A stretch of DNA of 64,000 nucleotides from Bacilli bacterium (GCA_007117695.1 SKFZ01000010.1:1305-65304); one strand, 5' to 3'. Positions 42,561 to 53,229 are shown, counted from the stretch's first letter. The notes: generated from the sequence alone by a model not told the origin. Numbers and translations are program-made.

Positions 42561-43566
42561 ATAGTTCGTTTATAAATTTTGCAAGTCTAACCATTTGAGC
42601 GCTATAGCCCATCTCATTATCATACCAAGCAACAACTTTAACTAGTTGCTTACCATCGACTTCCAATACTTCAGTTGAAAGACCATCAACCAAGCTTCCA
42701 TAAGTACTACTAATTACATCGCTTGAAACAATTGGGTCTTCTGTATATTTAAAAGTATCATTTTGGTTATTTTCAAATAATTTATTAATTTCTTCTTTCG
42801 AAGTGTTTTTGTTTAATTCAATTGTTAAATCAACTACTGAACCCGTAGTTGTTGGAACTCTAAGTGCACTACCATCTAGTTTTCCTTTTAATTCAGGTAT
42901 AACAAGCCCTATTGCCGCTGCTGCACCAGTCGAAGAAGGAACAATGTTAGCAGCACCTGCTCTTCCTCTTCTTGCTTTATGACCTTTTGAATGAGCCACA
43001 TCTAAAATCGTTTGATCATTAGTATAAGCATGAACTGTAGTCATAAAACCTTTCACTACTTTAAACTCCTTGTTTAACAAATCAACTACTGGAGCCAAAC
43101 AATTAGTTGTACAACTTGCCGCACTAATAACTTGTTCACTTCCGTCTAAAACATTTTCATTAACGCCGAATACAACAGTTTTTAAGTCTCCTTTTCCTGG
43201 TGCCGAAATAATTACCTTCTTAGCACCAGCTTCAATATGAGATTCTGCTTTTTCCTTTTTTGTAAATAGCCCCGTACATTCAAAAACTTGATCCACTTCT
43301 AATTCACCCCAAGGTAAATTTTTAGGGTCCATCTCGCTATAAACTTGTATTTTTCTACCATCCACTATAATGCTATCTTCTGTGTTTGATATAGAATCTT
43401 GTTTATATCCTCTATGACTAGTGTCATATTTTAAGAGATATGCTAATTGTGCTGCATCGGTTAAGTCGTTAATCGCTACAACTTCAAAATTAGGATCATC
43501 TTCCATAATTCTAAATACTAACCTTCCTATTCTTCCAAAACCATTAATTGCTACTTTAATTTTCAT
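42559..43566 (-). CDS. gap: Glyceraldehyde-3-phosphate dehydrogenase
   Basis: 335 aa with NGFGRIGR Rossmann motif and the ASCTTNCLAP active-site Cys. Confidence 0.95.
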   Translation of the reverse strand: MKIKVAINGFGRIGRLVFRIMEDDPNFEVVAINDLTDAAQLAYLLKYDTSHRGYKQDSISNTEDSIIVDGRKIQVYSEMDPKNLPWGELEVDQVFECTGLFTKKEKAESHIEAGAKKVIISAPGKGDLKTVVFGVNENVLDGSEQVISAASCTTNCLAPVVDLLNKEFKVVKGFMTTVHAYTNDQTILDVAHSKGHKARRGRAGAANIVPSSTGAAAAIGLVIPELKGKLDGSALRVPTTTGSVVDLTIELNKNTSKEEINKLFENNQNDTFKYTEDPIVSSDVISSTYGSLVDGLSTEVLEVDGKQLVKVVAWYDNEMGYSAQMVRLAKFINEL

Positions 43567-45220
43567 AAATACTTCCTCCTATAAATTCTCTTAATATTGA
43601 ATTTCCTGGCACCATCTCACTTGGAAGTGGCAAGAAATTTCTTAAAAATTTAAGCAACCTTATTGCTTCATGATACATTGGGTCTTCTTCTGAGACTGTA
43701 TATAAAAGCGGCTCCGCATAAATTTTTAAAACACTAATTTCATAAACTAACGATGAGTTTATTATTGCATCTACATCTCTTTGAAATGGGTAAATAAATA
43801 TTTCTTCGCCTTCTTTTATCTTCTCCCACATTTTAAGAGTATCGGATGCTGTATATCCTCGATATTTATTATCTCTTACAATTCTTCTTATCTTTCTAAC
43901 ATCTGTCGCATGAACTCTATTATGATTATCTACATTTATGTGAGTTAATGGACTAATAAATATTTTATATTTATTTTTATCTTCTATAGAGACAGTTAAT
44001 TGGTCATTCAATGCATGTAGTCCCTCTACAATAATAATATCATCATCTTTTATTTGAAGACATCTGTCTTTATATTCTCTTTCTCCTGTTAAAAAATTAT
44101 ATTCAGGGAGCAAAACAGTTTCCCCTTCTAATAATTTAGTCATATGCTTATTAAATAAGTCTATATCTATCGCATTTACAGACTCAAAGTCTAAGTTACC
44201 ATTTTTATCCCTAGGCGTATCTGCTCGATTATGGAAATAATCATCTATAGATATTTGATGAGTTCTAAGCCCTCTACTGTTTAAATATATTTCTAACCTT
44301 TTAGCAGTAGTAGTTTTACCACTGGATGTCGGACCTGCTAAAAGAACTAGCTTAATGTTATTATGATGCTTATATATTTTATCAGCAACTGTTCCAAGTT
44401 GTTCTTCATAATAAGTTTCGCAAACATTAACAAAGTTTTTATACTTTCCTTTAGATATTAATTTGTTAAGTTCTGGAGCATTACTTACTCCAATAAATTT
44501 TCCCCAATCAGTATACTTTATATAAGAATCAAACAATATTTTATTGTGGTTATAATCGCTAGTATATTCTGGGTTCTCATAGTCTGGATAATTAATTACA
44601 AACCCTCTCTCGCTAGTTTTAGCAAGTTTAAATTCATCTATAGCACCCGTAGATTCTGCTAAATCAATAAAAAAATAATCAAAAATATTATCTAACTTAA
44701 ACAATGTTACATAACTATTACTTATATATTTTAGTAAATCTACTTTGTCATTTTGTTTTTTCTTTCTAAAATACTCAATCGCCTCGACGCGGGCTACTTG
44801 CATCTTTTTAATAGGTAAGTCTTTTTTTATTATCTTATTTAACTCTTTTTCTAAATCATCCAACAACTTTTCAGTTATTACTATCCCAGGTATTTCACAA
44901 TAAACCCCCTTATCCATAGAGTGTTCTATAATTATGTCTCGATCTTCTCCGAGCATTTTCTTAACAGCTAATACTAACATAAAATGCAAAGTTCTTTCAT
45001 AAGCAATATTACCTATTTTAGATGACCTATCATAAAAATCAACTAATGAATCTGAATGAACCTTTTCACTTAGATGGCATAAGGTGTTTTTTAAAGAGGC
45101 TACTAATATAGGATATTCATATTTGCTTTGATAATCTTTTGCAACTTCTCTTAAACTAACAGAATGATTATATTCTTTGTACTCTAAGTTTTTATAGTTT
45201 ATTTTTATTTTGCCCTTCAT
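43556..45220 (-). CDS. Uridine kinase/phosphoribulokinase-family P-loop kinase fused to an N-terminal ThrRS-like (TGS/second additional domain) region
   Basis: P-loop AGPTSSGKTTTAKRL and Udk-like blocks (ISIDDYFHNR, IIIVEGLHALN). The N-terminal 260 aa resembles the threonyl-tRNA synthetase N-terminus. It overlaps the gap start by 11 nt. Confidence 0.65.
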   Translation of the reverse strand: MKGKIKINYKNLEYKEYNHSVSLREVAKDYQSKYEYPILVASLKNTLCHLSEKVHSDSLVDFYDRSSKIGNIAYERTLHFMLVLAVKKMLGEDRDIIIEHSMDKGVYCEIPGIVITEKLLDDLEKELNKIIKKDLPIKKMQVARVEAIEYFRKKKQNDKVDLLKYISNSYVTLFKLDNIFDYFFIDLAESTGAIDEFKLAKTSERGFVINYPDYENPEYTSDYNHNKILFDSYIKYTDWGKFIGVSNAPELNKLISKGKYKNFVNVCETYYEEQLGTVADKIYKHHNNIKLVLLAGPTSSGKTTTAKRLEIYLNSRGLRTHQISIDDYFHNRADTPRDKNGNLDFESVNAIDIDLFNKHMTKLLEGETVLLPEYNFLTGEREYKDRCLQIKDDDIIIVEGLHALNDQLTVSIEDKNKYKIFISPLTHINVDNHNRVHATDVRKIRRIVRDNKYRGYTASDTLKMWEKIKEGEEIFIYPFQRDVDAIINSSLVYEISVLKIYAEPLLYTVSEEDPMYHEAIRLLKFLRNFLPLPSEMVPGNSILREFIGGSIYEN

Positions 45221-45253
45221 ATTATAACCCCTATTCTATATTACAATTTTAGC

Positions 45254-45283
45254 AAAAAAAAAGTGTTTTGTCACACTTTTTTA
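45254..45283 (-). terminator. Rho-independent terminator after ezrA
   Basis: Stem aagtgt/acactt with loop tttgtc. It is flanked by an A9 run and a T6 run. Confidence 0.6.
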
Positions 45284-47026
45284 ATCCTCTTTATAAAATG
45301 ATGATAATTTGTCATATATACCTGGTTCAACACGATTTAAAGCATTTATAGTCACTTCTAAAGACTTATAATAATCACCTTTATAAAAGAGTGATTCTGA
45401 TACAGTTAGATTTTTATCAAGTTCTTCAGTATTTGTTCTATACCTATTACCATATACAATCGCCATTTCGCAAAATTTAGCAGTTTTCATTAAATCTTTA
45501 GTTTTAGAAAATAATTTAAGCGACAAATCCCTAGCTGTATCAACTCTAGTATTTAAAACACTAATTGTAATAGGTGTTTTTTTAAGTTCTTTTACCACTT
45601 CTTTAATAGCATCTTGAGCCTCATTTAATTCGACAAAATAACTTCTTGGAATAACTGGGAAATTATATTCTCTTATTTTATTTTTAGACTCTTTTAAAAT
45701 TTGTTTAACTTCTTCTAATTGTTGTCTAGCTCTCAGTTCATCTTCTCTCATCGTCCCAATTGCATCAAGTGAATTATCAAGTCTATCTTCAATTTCAACA
45801 AGCCTTACTTTCAAATCTTCAATTTCACTAGTCAACTTAGAATAAGCAAATGTGTTATTACTAGTATGATTTTTTAAAAGTTTATAATCTTCATTCAATT
45901 TTTCAACATCACTATGAACTTCCTCTAACAAACTCATATCATCATCCGAAAAATTATATACATTCTTTATATCGTCAATTTGCGAATAAATTTCTTTCAT
46001 CAAGTTATTGATTTTATCTAGTTTTTCTTTAAATGTTTTGTTTGCTTCCTCATAATTTTTTCTATTAATTTTTTCTCTTTCAAAATCATCGAAAACACCA
46101 TCAAAATACTCTAATAATAACTTAAGTTCAAAAAGACTATCTTCTAAATTTAAAATGTTGGCTCTAGTTAAAATGTCTGCAATTTTCTTCTTTGCTTCTT
46201 CAATATTATAATCAACATTTAAGTAATCCAGTGGATACCCTTCTTCTAACATTTTGTGATAAACTTTTTCCACTTCATTAATTTTTTTAGGAATTAAATC
46301 ATTAGCTAGTAAATCAATATTCGGTACTTCATCAACGACAACTTCCATATGCTTTAATGTATCATCAATTGATTTTATAATTGTAGTAACTTCGCTATAC
46401 TCATTATTTTCCATAGCATTTTCAAAATCATCAAATTTATATGCTATGTTCTCAAATTGTATTGAAACAGGCTTCTTAATAGAACCAAAATCTTTTTCAG
46501 TATCTTTAAATTTTTTATATAAATCACGATAATTAGCTTTCAAACCAGTTATTATAGAACGGTTTTTCTCCTCGCAAGTTGTTATTTCTTTTATTTCATC
46601 TAATAACTTCTCAGCAGTCTCACGAACTCTATAAATTTCCATCTCTAACTTAACTATTTTATGGGTTGCCCTATTATAACCATTTTGGTTTACAGCATGA
46701 TCAGCTTCAATAAGCATATCTGCCAATTTTGGTAATTCCTCATTTTGAATCAAGTCAAGCCTTGCTCGCCAACTATTATATTTGTTTTCTAATTTTTCAT
46801 TTTTTAAAAATGAGTCTATTTTTGCAAGTTCTGACCTAATTGGTGTTCCTTCAATATCATTTTTATCTATTTCTAACTTTTCTAAGTTTTTCTTTACCTT
46901 TTTATTAGAAATGCTTTGTATTATATTTAGTACAATTACAACTAAAATTATAGCTAGCAAAAACATCGAAAACATGAATAACATAATAGCGTCCATTTCT
47001 ACCACCTCGTATAATAATGATATCAT
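45281..47026 (-). CDS. ezrA: Septation ring formation regulator EzrA
   Basis: N-terminal transmembrane anchor plus about 560 aa of coiled-coil/spectrin-like repeats. It is divergent from rpsD, as in Bacillus. Confidence 0.8.
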   Translation of the reverse strand: MISLLYEVVEMDAIMLFMFSMFLLAIILVVIVLNIIQSISNKKVKKNLEKLEIDKNDIEGTPIRSELAKIDSFLKNEKLENKYNSWRARLDLIQNEELPKLADMLIEADHAVNQNGYNRATHKIVKLEMEIYRVRETAEKLLDEIKEITTCEEKNRSIITGLKANYRDLYKKFKDTEKDFGSIKKPVSIQFENIAYKFDDFENAMENNEYSEVTTIIKSIDDTLKHMEVVVDEVPNIDLLANDLIPKKINEVEKVYHKMLEEGYPLDYLNVDYNIEEAKKKIADILTRANILNLEDSLFELKLLLEYFDGVFDDFEREKINRKNYEEANKTFKEKLDKINNLMKEIYSQIDDIKNVYNFSDDDMSLLEEVHSDVEKLNEDYKLLKNHTSNNTFAYSKLTSEIEDLKVRLVEIEDRLDNSLDAIGTMREDELRARQQLEEVKQILKESKNKIREYNFPVIPRSYFVELNEAQDAIKEVVKELKKTPITISVLNTRVDTARDLSLKLFSKTKDLMKTAKFCEMAIVYGNRYRTNTEELDKNLTVSESLFYKGDYYKSLEVTINALNRVEPGIYDKLSSFYKED

Positions 47027-47068
47027 AAAATCAAATTTTTTACATCTTTTTTTGTTCCTTGATTTAGG

Positions 47069-47097
47069 TTGACTATTTAAGCGAAAACCTATATAAT
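47069..47097 (+). promoter_or_regulatory. Consensus sigma-A promoter of rpsD (TTGACT, 17 nt, TATAAT)
   Basis: Sequence ttgactatttaagcgaaaacctatataat. Confidence 0.7.
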
Positions 47098-47099
47098 TG

Positions 47100-47266
47100 T
47101 TTATGCGTATTCATTAGCAGCGTTAGCTTGAAAATAGTAACGTGTTTATTACCTAAAAGGTCATTTGAGTAACTTGTGCTGCAAAGCGAAAATTCAAAAA
47201 TAAACACCCTATTATTTGGCGAGTTAACCTCAATGTTTAAGCAAAAAATTATTGAGGAGGGATTAA
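47100..47266 (+). promoter_or_regulatory. rpsD 5' leader with an SD-sequestering hairpin. This is a likely S4 autoregulatory element.
   Basis: Roughly 160-nt leader. A 7-bp helix cctcaat (47228-47234) / attgagg (47251-47257) overlaps the GAGGAGG ribosome-binding site 6 nt before the ATG. Confidence 0.5.
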
Positions 47267-47869
47267 ATGTCAAGATACACAGGTCCACAATATAGAAAAT
47301 CAAGAAAATTTGGTTTTTCTATTCTTGAAACTGGTAAAGAGCTTTTGAAAAAGCCATATAAGCCAGGTCAACACGGACAAAAAAGATCTAAAAAAATGTC
47401 GAACTACGGAATCCAACTACAAGAAAAGCAAAAAGTTAGATTTATGTATGGACTTAGCGAAAGACAATTTAAAAGAACATTCGAAGATGCTTCTAAACTT
47501 AAAGGCGTTCATGGTGAAGATTTCTTAAAATTGTTGGAAAGTCGTTTAGACAATGTAGTTTATCGTCTTGGTTTTTCTAACACAAGAAAAGGTGCTAGAC
47601 AATTAGTAAATCACGGACATATTTTAGTGAATGGTAATAAAGTTGATATTCCATCATACAGAATTAAACCTAATGATGTTATTGGAATAAAAGAAAAATC
47701 AATTAACCATCCAAGTATCAAAGCTTCATTAGAAGCTATGAATCAAAGAGTTGATTTTGTTACATTTGATGACGCTAAGCTTGAAGGAACTTTTGTAAGA
47801 TACCCTGAGAGAAGCGAACTAAATTCAGATATTAATGAAGCTCTAATCGTTGAATATTACAACAGATAA
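47267..47869 (+). CDS. rpsD: 30S ribosomal protein S4
   Basis: 200 aa, [16 protein letters not shown]..., with an S4 RNA-binding domain. Confidence 0.95.
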   Translation: MSRYTGPQYRKSRKFGFSILETGKELLKKPYKPGQHGQKRSKKMSNYGIQLQEKQKVRFMYGLSERQFKRTFEDASKLKGVHGEDFLKLLESRLDNVVYRLGFSNTRKGARQLVNHGHILVNGNKVDIPSYRIKPNDVIGIKEKSINHPSIKASLEAMNQRVDFVTFDDAKLEGTFVRYPERSELNSDINEALIVEYYNR

Positions 47870-47900
47870 CAAAAAAACACGTTTAACGTGTTTTTTTTTA
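47870..47900. terminator. Bidirectional terminator between convergent rpsD and tyrS
   Basis: A7 run, then stem aacacgtt/aacgtgtt, then a T9 run. Confidence 0.65.
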
Positions 47901-49124
47901 TTGCCACTTAATTAATGAATATTTTTTCTTCCCTCTTTTTAATATACATACACTTTCTTTAAGCATATCTTCAGCATTCAAAACTTTTTCAACATCTAAT
48001 TCCTTAATGCCATTAACTTTAACAGATCCATTTTTGATGAATTCTCTTGCCTCTCTCTTGCTGCTGGCTAATTTAGATTCAATCAAGCAATCTACCAAAA
48101 GTTTTGGTCCATTAATATTTATTGAATCAACACCCCTAAATGCAACTAAAAGTTCATTTAAAGTTAATGTTTCATATTTTTCATCGAATAAAACTTTTGT
48201 AACTTTTAAAGCTTTTTCAAGTTCTTCTTCTCCATGCAAATCTCTAACTACACTTTCCGCTAATATTTTGTGCGGCTTTCTCAAGTGAGGCTCTTCTTTT
48301 AAAGAGATTTCAAGTTCATCAATTTCTTCCTTATTTAAGAAAGTAAATTTTTTCAAATAATCTACAACTTTTTCATCTTCGGTGTTTAAGAAAAATTGAT
48401 AAAGCTCATAACTAGAAGTTTTTTCTTTGTCTAACCAAATTGTTGCCCCTTCACTTTTACCTATTTTAGAACCGTCTGAATTTGTCATTAATGGATAAGT
48501 CATGGCAAAAACTTGATTTCCAAGTTTTTTTCTAATTAACTCCACACCTGATGTAAGGTTACCCCATTGATCTTGTCCGCCAATTTGAAGTGCACAATTT
48601 TCTGTTTCGTATAAATAAAGAAAATCAAGAGCTTGCATAATCATATATGAAAATTCAGTATACGTTATACCCACTTCTAACCTACTTTTCACTACATCTT
48701 TAGCAAGCATATAAGGGACAGGAAAATACTTTCCATAATCTCTCAAATAGTCAATAAAATTAATATCTTTACACCAGTCGTAGTTGTTCACCACTTTAAA
48801 TCCAAATAAACCTTGAATTTGATTCCTAAGCGAATTGAAATTACTTTCAATAACTTCTTTTGAAACAATTGGTCTTTCCGAACTAGGTCGGGGATCCCCA
48901 ATCAAACCAGTTGCCCCACCTACTAAAATAATAGGATTATGCCCATAATTTTGTAATCTTTTTGCTAAAATTAAAAACATTAAATGACCTATATGTAAAC
49001 TATCGGCAGTCGGATCAGTACCAATATAAAAAGTCATTTTTTCGTTATTTAACTTATCAATTAAATCCTCACTAGTTTTATTTGCTACCATATCTCTGTA
49101 TTTTAAATCTTCAAATAATTTCAT
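47898..49124 (-). CDS. tyrS: Tyrosyl-tRNA synthetase. Start moved to MKLFEDLKY with an AAGGAGG ribosome-binding site.
   Basis: HIGH motif (DSLHIGHL), KMSKS-like motif (KIGKS) and a C-terminal S4 domain. The AAGGAGG sequence lies 9 nt upstream of the ATG at 49124. Confidence 0.9.
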   Translation of the reverse strand: MKLFEDLKYRDMVANKTSEDLIDKLNNEKMTFYIGTDPTADSLHIGHLMFLILAKRLQNYGHNPIILVGGATGLIGDPRPSSERPIVSKEVIESNFNSLRNQIQGLFGFKVVNNYDWCKDINFIDYLRDYGKYFPVPYMLAKDVVKSRLEVGITYTEFSYMIMQALDFLYLYETENCALQIGGQDQWGNLTSGVELIRKKLGNQVFAMTYPLMTNSDGSKIGKSEGATIWLDKEKTSSYELYQFFLNTEDEKVVDYLKKFTFLNKEEIDELEISLKEEPHLRKPHKILAESVVRDLHGEEELEKALKVTKVLFDEKYETLTLNELLVAFRGVDSININGPKLLVDCLIESKLASSKREAREFIKNGSVKVNGIKELDVEKVLNAEDMLKESVCILKRGKKKYSLIKWQ

Positions 49125-49353
49125 TTTCTTTTTCCTCCTTTTATTTAAACAAAAAAATATTATGCCCAAGGACGAGTGTAACCCGCGGTACCACCTTAGT
49201 TCATAATATTTTATGCTCTTATACTTTTAACGCAAGTTAACGATTTGGCTCCACGTGTGTAATTCATTTAATAACATTTAAGCATTCACACTACCATGCT
49301 CTTTCTTTAAAAAAATTATTAAGCTACTTTTCACATATCAATGCCAATTAATT
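49125..49353 (-). promoter_or_regulatory. T-box leader (tRNA-Tyr responsive riboswitch) upstream of tyrS
   Basis: The minus strand contains the conserved T-box sequence AAGGTGGTACCGCGGG (plus coordinates 49182-49197) and a single UAC (Tyr) candidate specifier in AAUUACAC (49259-49261). Confidence 0.75.
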
Positions 49354-49360
49354 TAAATTA

Positions 49361-49388
49361 ATTATATCATCATCTCAATTATTGTCAA
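49361..49388 (-). promoter_or_regulatory. Sigma-A promoter for the tyrS leader (TTGACA, 16 nt, TATAAT). It overlaps the 3' end of rbfA.
   Basis: Minus strand reads ttgacaataattgagatgatgatataat. Confidence 0.5.
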
Positions 49389-49720
49389 TCATTCAATGAA
49401 TCGATAATTTTTTCGATTTTATTTCCATAGTCTACTGATTCGTCATAAACAAATTTCAACTCGGGTATATGCTTCATATCATGTCTTTCGAAAAGTTTTG
49501 ATCTAATAAAGCCCTTAGCTCTATCTAGACCTTTTAGCACATCATCCTTTTCTTCATCGTTTAACACTCTAACATAAACTTTAGCTATACTCAAATCACT
49601 TGTAATTTTAACATCAGTGATTGTTACATCTTTAACTTTTTCATCTTTAACTTCACTTGCTAAAATCATACTAATTTCTCGCATAAAACTTTTATTTAAA
49701 CGTTCAACTTTAAGACTCAT
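49385..49720 (-). CDS. rbfA: Ribosome-binding factor A
   Basis: 111 aa, KH-like RbfA family, last gene of the nusA-infB operon. Confidence 0.9.
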   Translation of the reverse strand: MSLKVERLNKSFMREISMILASEVKDEKVKDVTITDVKITSDLSIAKVYVRVLNDEEKDDVLKGLDRAKGFIRSKLFERHDMKHIPELKFVYDESVDYGNKIEKIIDSLND

Positions 49721-49727
49721 ATTAACA

Positions 49728-51821
49728 CTACCTTTCTACTTCAACAAGTTCATACGATTCAATAATATCACCTTGTTTAATATCATTATAATTTTCAATA
49801 GTAATACCGCACTCAAGTCCTTTTTTAACCTCTTTTACAGTATCCTTTTCTCTTTGTATAGACTCTATAATACCATCGTAAATTACAATATCATCTCTAA
49901 TTATTCTAACCTTTGATTTGCTTTTGACTTTTCCATCTATAATATAACTTCCTGCAATTGTTCCAACTTTAGAAAACTTAAATAATTGTCTCACTTCTGC
50001 AGATCCTAAAACCTTTTCTTCAAATACCGGCTCTAGCATCCCTTTCATAGCTTGTTCCATGTCTTCAACAATTTTATAAATTATATTATAAAGTCTAATT
50101 TCAACTCCATTATGTTTTGCATAGTCTTGAATTTTTTTGTTTGGCCTAACATTAAAACCAATGATTACAGCATTCGAAGCTTTTGCTAAAACGATATCAC
50201 TTTCAGTAATTCCTCCAACACTACTTCTAACTACATTTAACTTAACTTCTTCAAGCTCTAATTTTTCAAGCGTAGCTTTTATAGCTTCAGCACTACCATG
50301 AACATCTGCTTTAACAAGAACATTCACTTCCTTAGTGCCTTCCTTTATTTTAGAAAAAACATCTTCTAAGCTGATCGAAGTCGATTTAGGTGCCTGCTCT
50401 TTCATTCTAGATTCTTTCTTCCTAATTTCGCCGACATTTCTTGCTTCTTTTTCATTTTCAAAAGCCATAAATTTATTACCTGCAAAAGGAACTCCATTCA
50501 AACCTGTTATTTCGACTGGTTGAGATGGAGAAGCACTTGCTATGTCATTGCCTAAATCATCTCTCATTGTTCTTACTTTACCGTAATAACAACCTACAAC
50601 TAAAGGATCTCCAAGCCTAAGTGTTCCATTTTGAATTAAAAGCGTCACCACTGGTCCTAAACATTTATCTAGCCTTGATTCAACAACCGTACCTAGAGCA
50701 TACCTATTTGGATTTGCTTTATATTCTTGCATTTCTGAAATTAGTAAAATGTTTTCTAGTAATGCATCAATTCCATCACCATTAATTGCTACAACTTTAG
50801 AAAACAAAGTATCTCCACCCCATTCATCTGGCATAAGACCGTATTCACTAAGTTCTGTCATAATTCTCTCACTATTTGCGCCTGGTCTATCCATTTTATT
50901 TATTGCAACAATAATTGGTACACCTGAAGCTTTTGCATGATCTATCGCCTCTTTAGTTTGTGGCATAACACCATCATCTGCAGCAACAATAATAATAACA
51001 ATATCAGTAATACTTGCTCCCCTAGCACGCATCTCTGTAAATGCCGCATGCCCAGGTGTATCAATAAACGTTATCTTTTTGCCGTTATACTCAGTTTGAT
51101 ATGCGCTGATTGATTGAGTAATCCCTCCAGCCTCACCTTCAGCAACACTTGTTTTTCTTATGGTGTCTAAAAGAGTTGTTTTACCATGGTCAACATGCCC
51201 CATAATAGTTACAACTGGCGCTCTTTCAACCAAATCTTCTTCTTTATCAAATGCAACAAATTCTTCAAAATTAGTAATGTCTGCACACTCTTGCTTTTTA
51301 AGTTCTTTATCATAATCTGAAACTATTAATTCTGCTTCTTCAAAAGTAACAGTTGTATTTACATTAACAATTTTTCCTAGTAAAAATAATTTCTTAATAA
51401 CTTCTGCTGACGAAACTAAAAGACCGTCTGAAAGTTCCTTTATTGTCATACCATCTTTATAAAGAACAATTCTATTGTCACAAGTAATATCGTCTGAACT
51501 AAGTTTATCTCTCTTTTTATAAATTTCTTTTTTTTGAGCCATAAACTCTTCCTTGTTTGCTTTGTTTGGTCTGCTTATTTTAGACGACTTTTTCACATCT
51601 TTAGTAGCACTTTTCACTACTTCCTCTTCTAATTCTTCATCATCAGTGTCATCTTCTACTTCAAGCTCTAAATTATTGTCAAGCAATGTTATTGCTTCAT
51701 CATTAAGCATATCTTCTCCATTAGAAACATCAATATCTAATTTACTACACAAATTCAAAATCTCTTCAACTGACTTTGAAACATCTTCTGCATATTCTAA
51801 GACACTCATCATAAAAATCAC
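49728..51821 (-). CDS. infB: Translation initiation factor IF-2
   Basis: GTP-binding domain ([21 protein letters not shown]) and C-terminal beta-barrel domains. Confidence 0.95.
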   Translation of the reverse strand: MIFMMSVLEYAEDVSKSVEEILNLCSKLDIDVSNGEDMLNDEAITLLDNNLELEVEDDTDDEELEEEVVKSATKDVKKSSKISRPNKANKEEFMAQKKEIYKKRDKLSSDDITCDNRIVLYKDGMTIKELSDGLLVSSAEVIKKLFLLGKIVNVNTTVTFEEAELIVSDYDKELKKQECADITNFEEFVAFDKEEDLVERAPVVTIMGHVDHGKTTLLDTIRKTSVAEGEAGGITQSISAYQTEYNGKKITFIDTPGHAAFTEMRARGASITDIVIIIVAADDGVMPQTKEAIDHAKASGVPIIVAINKMDRPGANSERIMTELSEYGLMPDEWGGDTLFSKVVAINGDGIDALLENILLISEMQEYKANPNRYALGTVVESRLDKCLGPVVTLLIQNGTLRLGDPLVVGCYYGKVRTMRDDLGNDIASASPSQPVEITGLNGVPFAGNKFMAFENEKEARNVGEIRKKESRMKEQAPKSTSISLEDVFSKIKEGTKEVNVLVKADVHGSAEAIKATLEKLELEEVKLNVVRSSVGGITESDIVLAKASNAVIIGFNVRPNKKIQDYAKHNGVEIRLYNIIYKIVEDMEQAMKGMLEPVFEEKVLGSAEVRQLFKFSKVGTIAGSYIIDGKVKSKSKVRIIRDDIVIYDGIIESIQREKDTVKEVKKGLECGITIENYNDIKQGDIIESYELVEVER

Positions 51822-51829
51822 CTCTTTCC

Positions 51830-52093
51830 TTATTGTTTTATTAATTTATCTAAATCATCATATATTGAATCTGATAGTTCAGCTTCAAAAAAGCGATTTA
51901 AAATCTTTGTTTTTTTTGCTTTTTGAAACACTAGGGCATCTTTTTTTAAATACACGCCTCGCCCATTAGCTTTAGAAGTTTCATCAACAAAAATATCCCC
52001 TTCTTTGTTCTTAACAATTCTAACCAATTCCATTTTAGGTAATCTTTCTTTAGTCACAACACAACTTCTCATTGGCACTTTGCGCTTTTTCAT
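51830..52093 (-). CDS. ylxR: YlxR/RnpM family (DUF448) RNA-binding protein
   Basis: 87 aa with the MRSCVVTKERLPKMELVR motif, located between nusA and infB. Confidence 0.75.
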   Translation of the reverse strand: MKKRKVPMRSCVVTKERLPKMELVRIVKNKEGDIFVDETSKANGRGVYLKKDALVFQKAKKTKILNRFFEAELSDSIYDDLDKLIKQ

Positions 52094-52101
52094 CTAACCA
52101 C

Positions 52102-53229
52102 CTAACTTTCTTCTTCTTTTATGTTAATTCCCATTTCTCTAGCTTCTTCGTAAGTTTTAATGTCTAATTTATGTTTCGTTAATCTAGCTGCAAGCCTAAC
52201 ATTTATTCCTTTTTTACCTATAGCAAGCGATAAATTTTCATCATTTGCTATAACAAGAGCCTCACTAGAGTCTTCACTTGCTAAAAAAACATAAATGTCT
52301 TTAGCAGGACTTAATGCATTTTTAATAAAGGTTACTTTATCCTCATCATATGGTATGATATCTACTTTTTCATTACCTAATTCATTTAAAATGTTTGAAA
52401 TTCTACTACCTCGTTCACCTACACATGAACCAATTGCATCAACACGTGGGTTTTCAGAATAAACAGCAATTTTAGTTCTAACCCCCGCTTCTCTAGCGAC
52501 ACTATACACTAAAATAACTCCTTCGTTTATTTCTGGAATTTCTTTTTCAAAAAGTCTTTTAACAAAACCATAATGTGATCTAGATAGTAAAATTAAAGGC
52601 CCTTTAGTTGTAGATTCAACTTTAGTAACATAAACTTTTATACTAGAACCCATTTTTATGTTTTCACCAGGTATAATTTCTGTTTTTGGTAAAACTCCTT
52701 GGGCTTTCCCTAAGTCTATATAATAGTTTTTGGCATCTTCCATAGAAGCCTTACCAACTAATAATTCATCAACTTTATCTTGGAATTGTTCAATAACTTT
52801 TTCTCTTTCAGCTTCTCTAATTTTTTGAATTACAACTTGCTTAGCAGTCGATGCTGCTACTCGTCCAAAATCATATGGTGTAACTTCTTCTTCAATAGTT
52901 TCTCCAACTTTGATAGTAGGAACTATTTTTTTTGCTTCTGAAAGTTCAATTGGAACGATTGGTTCAATTTCTTCAACGCTATCTTCTTCTTCAACAATTT
53001 GATCTTTTTCAATTTCACTATATCCATCTTCAACTACAGTTCTTACCGAAAAAACTTTAATATCCCCAGTACTTCTGTTAATATCTACTCTAACGTTTGA
53101 CATAGCATTATAATTTTTTTTATATGCCGATGTTAATGCTAATTCCATTGCATCATATATTACATCTTCACTAATATCTTTTTCAGAAACAACTGTTTCT
53201 ACTGCTTTTTTAAACGCTTTATTGTCCAT
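52102..53229 (-). CDS. nusA: Transcription termination/antitermination factor NusA
   Basis: N-terminal domain plus S1 plus two KH domains. 375 aa with no C-terminal acidic repeats, as in Firmicutes. Confidence 0.95.
   Translation of the reverse strand: MDNKAFKKAVETVVSEKDISEDVIYDAMELALTSAYKKNYNAMSNVRVDINRSTGDIKVFSVRTVVEDGYSEIEKDQIVEEEDSVEEIEPIVPIELSEAKKIVPTIKVGETIEEEVTPYDFGRVAASTAKQVVIQKIREAEREKVIEQFQDKVDELLVGKASMEDAKNYYIDLGKAQGVLPKTEIIPGENIKMGSSIKVYVTKVESTTKGPLILLSRSHYGFVKRLFEKEIPEINEGVILVYSVAREAGVRTKIAVYSENPRVDAIGSCVGERGSRISNILNELGNEKVDIIPYDEDKVTFIKNALSPAKDIYVFLASEDSSEALVIANDENLSLAIGKKGINVRLAARLTKHKLDIKTYEEAREMGINIKEEES

Noticed and set aside
47073-47303. Minus-strand 76-aa ORF overlapping the rpsD promoter, leader and start
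   Set aside because: It overlaps a consensus promoter and a structured leader on the opposite strand and has no ribosome-binding site. It is far more likely to be a non-coding regulatory region.
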